Assembly: GCA_964016885.1 (NCBI GenBank) | Contig: OZ024748.1 | Span: forward strand, 37,758,001 to 37,822,000 | Origin: Eledone cirrhosa | Lineage: Eukaryota | Direction: 5' to 3' | DNA length: 64,000 bases | Part shown: positions 52,871-63,770 of the stretch, piece after piece | How positions within the stretch are numbered: position 1 is the first letter of the stretch | How the letters are laid out: every line of letters begins with the position of its first letter | Notes under the pieces: model-generated | Databases searched by the model: none | Told to the model about the DNA's origin: nothing | Seen by the model: the letters and a program-made list of their open reading frames with translations, nothing else | Made by a program: the position numbers and the translations under genes

Positions 52871-55800
52871 GAAGGAGGTAAGAGTTGTGATTAAAAAGAA
52901 GGAATAATATAAAGAATGTTGCGAAGGAGGTAAGTGTTGTGATTAATAAGAAGGAAAAATATAGAGAATGTTGCGTAGGAGGTAAGTGTTGTGATTAAAA
53001 AGAAGGAAAAATATAAAGAATGTTGCGAAGGGGGTAAGAGTTGTGATTAAAAAGAAAGAAAATTATTTAGAACGTTGCGAAGGAGGTAAGTGTTGTGAAT
53101 AAAAAGAAGGAAAAATATAAAGAAAGTGTTGTGATTAAAAAGAAGTAACAATATAAAGAATGTTGCGAAGGAGGTAAGTATTGTGATTAAAAAGAAGGAA
53201 AAATATAAAAAATGTTGCGAAGGAAATAAGTGTTGTGATTAAAAGGAAGGGAAAATATAAAGAATGATGCGAAGGAGGTAAGAGTTGTGCTTAAAAAGAA
53301 GGAAAAATATAAAAAATGTTGCGAAGGAGGTAAGTGTTGTGATTAAAAAGAAGGAAAAATATAAAAATTGTTGCGAAGGAGGTAAGTGTTGTGATTAAAA
53401 AGAAGGAAAAATATAAAGAATGTTGCGAAGGAGGTAAGAGTTGTGATTAAAAAGAAGGAATAATATAAAGAATGTTGCGAAGGAGGTAAGTGTTGTGATT
53501 AATAAGAAGGAAAAATATAGAGAATGTTGCGTAGGAGGTAAGTGTTGTGAATAAAAAGAAGGAAAAATTTAGAGAATGTTGCGAAGGATGTAAGTGTTGT
53601 GATTAAAAAGAAGGAAAAATATAAAGAATGTTGCGAAGGGGGTAAGAGTTGTGATTAAAAATAAAGAAAATTGTTTAGAATGTTGCAAAGGAGGTAAGTG
53701 TTGTGATTAAAAAGAAGGAAAAATATAAAGAATGTTGCGAAGGAGGTAAGTGTTGTGATTAAAAAGAAGGAAAAATATAAGGAATGTTACGAAGGAGGTA
53801 AGAGTTGTGATAAAAAGAAAGAAAAATAAAAAGAATGTTGCGAAGGAGGTAAGTGTTGAGATTAAAAAGAAGGAAAAATATAAAGAATGTTGCGAAGGAG
53901 GTAAGAGTTGTGATTAAAAAGAAGAGAAAATATAAAGAATGTTGCAAAAGGGGTAAGTGTTGTGATTAAAATGAAGGAAAAATATAAAGAATGTTGCGAA
54001 GTAGGTAAGAGTGTTGATTAAAAAGAAGGAAAATTATAAAGAATGTTGCGAAGGAGGTAACTGTTGTGATTAAAAAGAAGGAAAAATATAAAGAATGTTA
54101 CGAAGGAGGTAAGAGTTGTGATTAAAAAGAAGGAAAAATATAAAGAAATTTACGACGGAGGTAAGCGTGGTGATTAAAAAGAAGGTAAACTATAAAGAAT
54201 GTTACGAAGGAGGTAAGTGTTGTGATTAAAAAGAAGGATAAATATAAGGAAATTTACGAAGGAGGTAAGAGTGGTGATTAAAAAGAAGGTAAACTATAAA
54301 GAATATCGTGAAGGAGGTAAGTGTTGTGTTTAAAAAGAAGGAAAAATATAAAGGAATTTACGAAGGAGGTAAGAGTGGTGATATAAAAAGAAGGAAAAAT
54401 ATAAAGAATATTGCGAAAGAGGTAAGTGCTGTGATTAAAAAGAAGGAAAAATATAAAGAATGTTACGAAGGAGGTAAGAGTTGTGATTTAAAAGAAGAAA
54501 AAGTATAAAGAATGTTGCGAAGGAGGTAGTGTTGTGATTAAAAAGAAGGAAAAATAAAAAGAATGTTAAGAAGGAGGTAAGTGTTGTGATTAAAAAGAAG
54601 GATAAATATTAGGAAATTTACGAAGAAGGTAAGAGTGGTGATTAAAAAGAAGGAAAAATATAAAAATTGTTGCGAAGGAGGTAAGTGTTGTGATTAAAAA
54701 GAAGGAAAAATATAAAGAATGTTGCGAAGGAGGTAAGTATTGTGATTAAAAATAAGGAAAAATATAAAGAATGTTGCGAAGGAGGTAAGAGTTGTGATTA
54801 AAAAGAAGGAATAATATAAAGAATGTTGCGAAGGAGGTAAGTGTTGTGATTAATAAGAAGGAAAAATATAGAGAATGTTGCGTAGGAGGTAAGTGTTGTG
54901 ATTAAAAAGAAGGAAAAATATAAAGAATGTTGCGAAGGGGGTAAGAGTTGTGATTAAAAAGAAAGAAAATTATTTAGAATGTTGCGAAGGAGGTAAGTGT
55001 TGTGAATAAAAAGAAGGAAAAATATAAAGAAAGTGTTGTGATTAAAAAGAAGTAACAATATAAAGAATGTTGCGAAGGAGGTAAGTATTGTGATTAAAAA
55101 GAAGGAAAAATATAAAAAATGTTGCGAAGGAAATAAGTGTTGTGATTAAAAAGAAGGAAAAATATAAAGAATGTTGCGAAGGAGGTAAGTGTTGTGATTA
55201 AAAGGAAGGGAAAATATAAAGAATGATGCGAAGGAGGTAAGAGTTGTGCTTAAAAAGAAGGAAAAATATAAAAAATGTTGCGAAGGAGGTAAGTGTTGTG
55301 ATTAAAAAGAAGGAAAAATATAAAAATTGTTGCGAAGGAGGTAAGTGTTGTGATTAAAAAGAAGGAAAAATATAAAGAATGTTGCGAAGGAGGTAAGAGT
55401 TGTGATTAAAAAGAAGGAATAATATAAAGAATGTTGCGAAGGAGGTAAGTGTTGTGATTAATAAGAAGGAAAAATATAGAGAATGTTGCGTAGGAGGTAA
55501 GTGTTGTGATTAAAAAGAAGGAAAAATATAAAGAATGTTGCGAAGGGGTTAAGAGTTGTGATTAAAAAGAAAGAAAATTATTTAGAATGTTGCGAAGGAG
55601 GTAAGTGTTGTGAATAAAAAGAAGGAAAAATATAGAGAATGTTGCGAAGGATGTAAGTGTTGTGATTAAAAAGAAGGAAAAATATAAAGAATGTTGCGAA
55701 GGGGGTAAGAGTTGTGATTAAAAATAAAGAAAATTGTTTAGAATGTTGCAAAGGAGGTAAGTGTTGTGATTAAAAAGAAGGAAAAATATAAAGAATGTTG

Positions 55801-58400
55801 CGAAGGAGGTAAGTGTTGTGATTAAAAAGAAGGAAAAATATAAGGAATGTTACGAAGGAGGTAAGAGTTGTGATAAAAAGAAAGAAAAATAAAAAGAATG
55901 TTGCGAAGGAGGTAAGTGTTGAGATTAAAAAGAAGGAAAAATATAAAGAATGTTGCGAAGGAGGTAAGAGTTGTGATTAAAAAGAAGAGAAAATATAAAG
56001 AATGTTGCAAAAGGGGTAAGTGTTGTGATTAAAATGAAGGAAAAATATAAAGAATGTTGCGAAGTAGGTAAGAGTGTTGATTAAAAAGAAGGAAAATTAT
56101 AAAGAATGTTGCGAAGGAGGTAACTGTTGTGATTAAAAAGAAGGAAAAATATAAAGAATGTTACGAAGGAGGTAAGAGTTGTGATTAAAAAGAAGGAAAA
56201 ATATAAAGAAATTTACGACGGAGGTAAGCGTGGTGATTAAAAAGAAGGTAAACTATAAAGAATGTTACGAAGGAGGTAAGTGTTGTGATTAAAAAGAAGG
56301 ATAAATATAAGGAAATTTACGAAGGAGGTAAGAGTGGTGATTAAAAAGAAGGTAAACTATAAAGAATATCGTGAAGGAGGTAAGTGTTGTGTTTAAAAAG
56401 AAGGAAAAATATAAAGGAATTTACGAAGGAGGTAAGAGTGGTGATATAAAAAGAAGGAAAAATATAAAGAATATTGCGAAAGAGGTAAGTGCAGTGATTA
56501 AAAAGAAGGAAAAATATAAAGAATGTTACGAAGGAGGTAAGAGTTGTGATTTAAAAGAAGAAAAAGTATAAAGAATGTTGCGAAGGAGGTAGTGTTGTGA
56601 TTAAAAAGAAGGAAAAATAAAAAGAATGTTAAGAAGGAGGTAAGTGTTGTGATTAAAAAGAAGGATAAATATTAGGAAATTTACGAAGAAGGTAAGAGTG
56701 GTGATTAAAAAGAAGGAAAAATATAAAAATTGTTGCGAAGGAGGTAAGTGTTGTGATTAAAAAGAAGGAAAAATATAAAGAATGTTGCGAAGGAGGTAAG
56801 TATTGTGATTAAAAATAAGGAAAAATATAAAGAATGTTGCGAAGGAGGTAAGAGTTGTGATTAAAAAGAAGGAATAATATAAAGAATGTTGCGAAGGAGG
56901 TAAGTGTTGTGATTAATAAGAAGGAAAAATATAGAGAATGTTGCGTAGGAGGTAAGTGTTGTGATTAAAAAGAAGGAAAAATATAAAGAATGTTGCGAAG
57001 GGGGTAAGAGTTGTGATTAAAAAGAAAGAAAATTATTTAGAATGTTGCGAAGGAGGTAAGTGTTGTGAATAAAAAGAAGGAAAAATATAAAGAAAGTGTT
57101 GTGATTAAAAAGAAGTAACAATATAAAGAATGTTGCGAAGGAGGTAAGTATTGTGATTAAAAAGAAGGAAAAATATAAAAAATGTTGCGAAGGAAATAAG
57201 TGTTGTGATTAAAAAGAAGGAAAAATATAACGAATGTTGCGAAGGAGGTAAGTGTTGTGATTAAAAGGAAGGGAAAATATAAAGAATGATGCGAAGGAGG
57301 TAAGAGTTGTGCTTAAAAAGAAGGAAAAATATAAAAAATGTTGCGAAGGAGGTAAGTGTTGTGATTAAAAAGAAGGAAAAATATAAAAATTGTTGCGAAG
57401 GAGGTAAGTGTTGTGATTAAAAAGAAGGGAAAATATAAAGAATGTTGCGAAGGAGGTAAGAGTTGTGATTAAAAAGAAGGAATAATATAAAGAATGTTGC
57501 GAAGGAGGTAAGTGTTGTGATTAATAAGAAGGAAAAATATAGAGAATGTTGCGTAGGAGGTAAGTGTTGTGATTAAAAAGAAGGAAAAATATAAAGAATG
57601 TTGCGAAGGGGGTAAGAGTTGTGATTAAAAAGAAAGAAAATTATTTAGAATGTTGCGAAGGAGGTAAGTGTTGTGAATAAAAAGAAGGAAAAATATAGAG
57701 AATGTTGCGAAGGATGTAAGTGTTGTGATTAAAAAGAAGGAAAAATATAAAGAATGTTGCGAAGGGGGTAAGAGTTGTGATTAAAAATAAAGAAAATTGT
57801 TTAGAATGTTGCAAAGGAGGTAAGTGTTGTGATTAAAAAGAAGGAAAAATATAAAGAATGTTGCGAAGGAGGTAAGTGTTGTGATTAAAAAGAAGGAAAA
57901 ATATAAGGAATGTTACGAAGGAGGTAAGAGTTGTGATAAAAAGAAAGAAAAATAAAAAGAATGTTGCGAAGGAGGTAAGTGTTGAGATTAAAAAGAAGGA
58001 AAAATATAAAGAATGTTGCGAAGGAGGTAAGAGTTGTGATTAAAAAGAAGAGAAAATATAAAGAATGTTGCAAAAGGGGTAAGTGTTGTGATTAAAATGA
58101 AGGAAAAATATAAAGAATGTTGCGAAGTAGGTAAGAGTGTTGATTAAAAAGAAGGAAAATCATAAAGAATGTTGCGAAGGAGGTAACTGTTGTGATTAAA
58201 AAGAAGGAAAAATATAAAGAATGTTACGAAGGTGGTAAGAGTTGTGATTAAAAAGAGGGAAAAATATAAAGAAATTTACGACGGAGGTAAGCGTGGTGAT
58301 TAAAAAGAAGGTAAACTATAAAGAATGTTACGAAGGAGGTAAGTGTTGTGATTAAAAAGAAGGATAAATATAAGGAAATTTACGAAGGAGGTAAGAGTGG
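52380..58400. repeat. Local HOR, 40 monomers, 2063 bp (first period a 37-mer of 1907 bp), about 3 copies
   Basis: TTTACGACGG at ~54153, 56216, 58279. GGAAATAAG at 53222, 55129, 57192. ORFs at 53759, 55822, 57885. Confidence 0.93.
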
Positions 58401-61400
58401 TGATTAAAAAGAAGGAAAAATATAAAAATTGTTGCGAAGGAGGTAAGTGTTGTGATTAAAAAAAAGGAAAAATATACAGAATGTTACGAAGGAGGTAAGT
58501 TTTGCGATTAAAAAGAATGAAAAATATAAAGAATGTTGCGAAGGAGGAAAGAGTTGTGATTAAAAAGAAGGATAAATATAAAGAATGTTGCGAAGAAGGT
58601 AATTGTTGCAATTAAAAAGAAAGACAAATATAAAGAATGTTGCGAAGGAGGTAAGAGTTGTGATTAAAAAGAAGGAAAATATAAAGAATGTTGCGAAGGA
58701 GGTAAGAGTTGGGATTAAAAAGAAGGAAAAATATAAAGAATGTTGCGAAGGAGGTAAGAGTGGTGATTAAAAAGAAGGAAAAATATAAAGAATGTTGCGA
58801 AGGAGGTAAGTGTTGAGATTAAAAAGAAGGAAAAATATAAAGAATGTTGCGAAGGAGGTAAGAGTTGTGATTAAAAATAAGGAAAAATATAAAGAATGTT
58901 ACTAAGGAGGTAAGAGTTGTGATTAAAAAGAAGGAAAAATATAAAGAAATTTACGAAGGAGGTAAGAGTGGTGATTAAAAAGAAGGTAAACTATAAAGAA
59001 TATCGTGAAGGAGGTAAGTGTTGTGTTTAAAAAGAAGGAAAAATATAAAGGAATTTACGCAGGAGGTAAGAGTGGTGATATAAAAAGAAAGAAAAATATA
59101 AAGAATATTGCGAAAGAGGTAAGTGCTGTGATTAAAAAGAAGGAAAAATATAAAGAATGTTACGAAGGAGGTAAGAGTTGTGATTAAAAAGAAGAAAAAG
59201 TATAAAGAATGTTGCGAAGGAGGTAGTGTTGTGATTAAAAAGAAGGAAAAATATAAAGAATGTTAAGAAGGAGGTAAGTGTTGTGATTAAAAAGAGGGAA
59301 AAATTTAAAAAATTTTGCGAAGGAGGTAAGTGTTGTGATTAAAAAGAAGGAAAAATATAAAGAATGTTGCGAAGGAGGTAAGTATTGTGATTAAAAATAA
59401 GGAAAAATATAAAGAATGTTGCGAAGGGGGTAAGAGTTGTGATTAAAAAGAAAGAAAATTATTTAGAATGTTGCGAAGGAGGTAAGTGTTGTGAATAAAA
59501 AGAAGGAAAAATATAAAGAAAGTGTTGTGATTAAAAAGAAGTAACAATATAAAGAATGTTGTGAAGGAGGTAAGTATTGTGATTAAAAAGAAGGAAAAAT
59601 ATAAAAAATGTTGCGAAGGAGGTAAGTGTTGTGATTAAAAAGAAGGAAAAATATAAAGAATGTTGCGAAGGAGGTAAGTGTTGTGATTAAAAAGAAGGAA
59701 AAATATAAAGAATGTTGCGAAGGAGGTAAGTGTTGTGATTAAAAAGAATGAAAAATATAAAGAATGTTGCGAAGGAGGATAGTGTTGTGATTAAAAAGAA
59801 GGATAAATATAAAGAATGTTGCGAAGAAGGTAATGGCTGCAATTAAAAAGAAAGTCAAATATAAAGAATGTTGCGAAGGAGGTAAGAGTTGTGATTAAAA
59901 AGAAGGAAAATATAAAGAATGTTGCGAAGGAGGTAGAGTTGTGATTAAAAAGAAGGAATAATATAAAGAATGTTGCGAAGGAGGTAAGTGTTGTGATTAA
60001 AAAGAAGGAAAAATATAGAGAATGTTGCGAAGGAGGTAAGTGTTGTGATTAAAAAGAAGGAAAAACATAAAGAATGTTGCGAAGGGGGTAAGAGTTGTGA
60101 TTAAAAAGAAAGAAAATTATTTAGAATGTTGCGAAGGAGGTAAGTGTTCTGAATAAAAAGAAGGAGAAATATAAAGTGTTGCGAAGTAGGTAACAGTTGT
60201 GATTAAAAAGAAGGAAAAATACAAAAAATGTTGCGAATGAGGTATGTGTTGTGATTAAAAAGAAGGAAAAATATAATGGATGTTGCGAAGGAGGTAAGTT
60301 TTGTGATTAAAAGGAAGGGAAAATATAAAGAATGTTGCGAAGGAGGTAAGTGTTGTGATTAAAAAAAAGGAAAAATATACAGAATGTTGCGAAGGAGGTA
60401 AGTGTTGTGATTAAAAAGAATGAAAAATATAAAGAATTTTGCGAAGGAGGTAAGTGTTGTGATTAAAAAGCAGGAAAAATATAAAGAATGTTACGAAGTA
60501 GGTAAGTGTTGTGATTAAAAAGAAGGAAAAATATAAAGAAATTTACGAAGGAGATAAGAGTGGTGATAAAAAGAAGGAAAAATATAAAGAATGTTGCGAT
60601 GGAGGTAAGTGTTGTGTTTAAAAAGAAGGAAAAATATAAAGAATGTTGCGAAGGGGGTAAGAGTTGTGATTAAAAAGAAAGAAAAATATAAAGAATGATG
60701 CGAAGGAGGAAAGTGTTGTGATTTAAAGAAGGACAAATATAAAGAATGTTGCGAAGGAGGTAAGTGTTGTGTTTAAAAAGAAGGAAAAATATAAAGAAAT
60801 TTACGAAGGAGGTAAGAGTGGTGATATAAAAAGAAGTAAAAATATAAAGAATATTGCGAAAGAGGTAAGTGTTGTGATTAAAAAGAAGAAAAAGTATAAA
60901 GAATGTTGCGAAGGAGGTAGTGTTGTGATTAAAAAGAAGGAAAAATATAAAGAATGTTAAGAAGGAGGTAAGTGTTGTGATTAAAAAGAAGGATAAATAT
61001 AAGGAAATTTACGAAGGAGGTAAGAGTGGTGATTAAAAAGAAGGAAAAATATAAAAATTGTTGCGAAGGAGGTAAGTGTTGTGATTAAAAAAAAGGAAAA
61101 ATATACAGAATGTTACGAAGGAGGTAAGTTTTGCGATTAAAAAGAATGAAAAATATAAAGAATGTTGCGAAGGAGGAAAGTGTTGTGATTAAAAAGAAGG
61201 ATAAATATAAAGAATGTTGCGAAGAAGGTAATTGTTGCAATTAAAAAGAAAGACAAATATAAAGAATGTTGCGAAGGAGGTAAGAGTTGTGATTAAAAAG
61301 AAGGAAAATATAAAGAATGTTGCGAAGGAGGTAAGAGTTGGGATTAAAAAGAAGGAAAAATATAAAGAATGTTGCGAAGGAGGTAAGAGTGGTGATTAAA

Positions 61401-63770
61401 AAGAAGGAAAAATATAAAGAATGTTGCGAAGGAGGTAAGTGTTGAGATTAAAAAGAAGGAAAAATATAAAGAATGTTGCGAAGGAGGTAAGAGTTGTGAT
61501 TAAAAATAAGGAAAAATATAAAGAATGTTACTAAGGAGGTAAGAGTTGTGATTAAGAAGAAGGAAAAATATAAAGAAATTTACGAAGGAGGTAAGAGTGG
61601 TGATTAAAAAGAAGGTAAACTATAAAGAATATCGTGAAGGAGGTAAGTGTTGTGTTTAAAAAGAAGGAAAAATATAAAGGAATTTACGCAGGAGGTAAGA
61701 GTGGTGATATAAAAAGAAAGAAAAATATAAAGAATATTGCGAAAGAGGTAAGTGCTGTGATTAAAAAGAAGGAAAAATATAAAGAATGTTACGAAGGAGG
61801 TAAGAGTTGTGATTAAAAAGAAGAAAAAGTATAAAGAATGTTGCGAAGGAGGTAGTGTTGTGATTAAAAAGAAGGAAAAATATAAAGAATGTTAAGAAGG
61901 AGGTAAGTGTTGTGATTAAAAAGAAGGAAAAATTTAAAAAATTTTGCGAAGGAGGTAAGTGTTGTGATTAAAAAGAAGGAAAAATATAAAGAATGTTGCG
62001 AAGGAGGTAAGTATTGTGATTAAAAATAAGGAAAAATATAAAGAATGTTGCGAAGGGGGTAAGAGTTGTGATTAAAAAGAAAGAAAATTATTTAGAATGT
62101 TGCGAAGGAGGTAAGTGTTGTGAATAAAAAGAAGGAAATATATAAAGAAAGTGTTGTGATTAAAAAGAAGTAACAATATAAAGAATGTTGTGAAGGAGGT
62201 AAGTATTGTGATTAAAAAGAAGGAAAAATATAAAAAATGTTGCGAAGGAGGTAAGTGTTGTGATTAAAAAGAAGGAAAAATATAAAGAATGTTGCGAAGG
62301 AGGTAAGTGTTGTGATTAAAAAGAAGGAAAAATATAAAGAATGTTGCGAAGGAGGTAAGTGTTGTGATTAAAAAGAATGAAAAATATAAAGAATGTTGCG
62401 AAGGAGGATAGTGTTGTGATTAAAAAGAAGGATAAATATAAAGAATGTTGTGAAGAAGGTAATGGCTGCAATTAAAAAGAAAGTCAAATATAAAGAATGT
62501 TGCGAAGGAGGTAAGAGTTGTGATTAAAAAGAAGGAAAATATAAAGAATGTTGCGAAGGAGGTAGAGTTGTGATTAAAAAGAAGGAATGATATAAAGAAT
62601 GTTGCGAAGGAGGTAAGTGTTGTGATTAAAAAGAAGGAAAAATATAGAGAATGTTGCGAAGGAGGTAAGTGTTGTGATTAAAAAGAAGGAAAAACATAAA
62701 GAATGTTGCGAAGGGGGTAAGAGTTGTGATTAAAAAGAAAGAAAATTATTTAGAATGTTGCGAAGGAGGTAAGTGTTCTGAATAAAAAGAAGGAGAAATA
62801 TAAAGAGTGTTGCGAAGTAGGTAACAGTTGAGATTAAAAAGAAGGAAAAATATAAAAAATGTTGCGAATGAGGTATGTGTTGTGATTAAAAAGAAGGAAA
62901 AATATAATGGATGTTGCGAAGGAGGTAAGTTTTGTGATTAAAAGGAAGGGAAAATATAAAGAATGTTGCGAAAGATGTAAGTGTTGTGATTAAAAAGAAG
63001 GAAAAATATAAAGAATGTTGCGAAGCAGGTAAGAGTGTTGATTAAAAAGAAGGAAAAATATAAAGAATGTTGAGAAGGAGGTAAGTGTTGTGATTAAAAA
63101 GTAGGAAAAATATAAATAATGTTGCGAAGGAGGTAAGTGTTGTGATTAAAAAGCAGGAAAAATATAAAGAATGTTACGAAGTAGGTAAGTGTTGTGATTA
63201 AAAAGAAGGAAAAATATAAAGAAATTTACGAAGGAGATAAGAGTGGTGATAAAAAGAAGGAAAAATATAAAGAATGTTGCGATGGAGGTAAGTGTTGCGT
63301 TTAAAAAGAAGGAAAAATATAAAGAATGTTGCGAAGGGGGTAAGAGTTGTGATTAAAAAGAAAGAAAAATATAAAGAATGATGCGAAGGAGGAAAGTGTT
63401 GTGATTTAAAGAAGGACAAATATAAAGAATGTTGCGAAGGAGGTAAGTGTTGTGTTTAAAAAGAAGGAAAAATATAAAGAAATTTACGAAGGAGGTAAGA
63501 GTGGTGATATAAAAAGAAGTAAAAATATAAAGAATATTGCGAAAGAGGTAAGTGTTGTGATTAAAAAGAAGAAAAAGTATAAAGAATGTTGCGAAGGAGG
63601 TAGTGTTGTGATTAAAAAGAAGGAAAAATATAAAGAATGTTAAGAAGGAGGTAAGTGTTGTGATTAAAAAGAAGGATAAATATGAGGAAATTTACGAAGG
63701 AGGTAAGAGTGGTGATTAAAAAGAAGGAAAAATATAAAAATTGTTGCGAAGGAGGTAAGTGTTGTGATTA
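58330..63770. repeat. Local HOR, 51/52 monomers, 2629-2683 bp, two copies differing by an internal replaced segment
   Basis: AATGGCTGCAATT at 59832/62461 and ORFs at 59005/61634 (offset 2629). GCGATGG at ~60598/63281 and ORFs at 60515/63198 (offset 2683). Confidence 0.9.

Noticed and set aside
5925-63643. All 28 ORFs in the track (K/E-rich on +, F/L-rich on -)
   Set aside because: They are 60-103 aa translations of the satellite. Because 52 mod 3 = 1, the frame rotates and normally hits TAA/TGA within about three monomers, and 1-bp indels occasionally extend the run. They start at incidental ATG/GTG/TTG codons and recur at HOR spacing.
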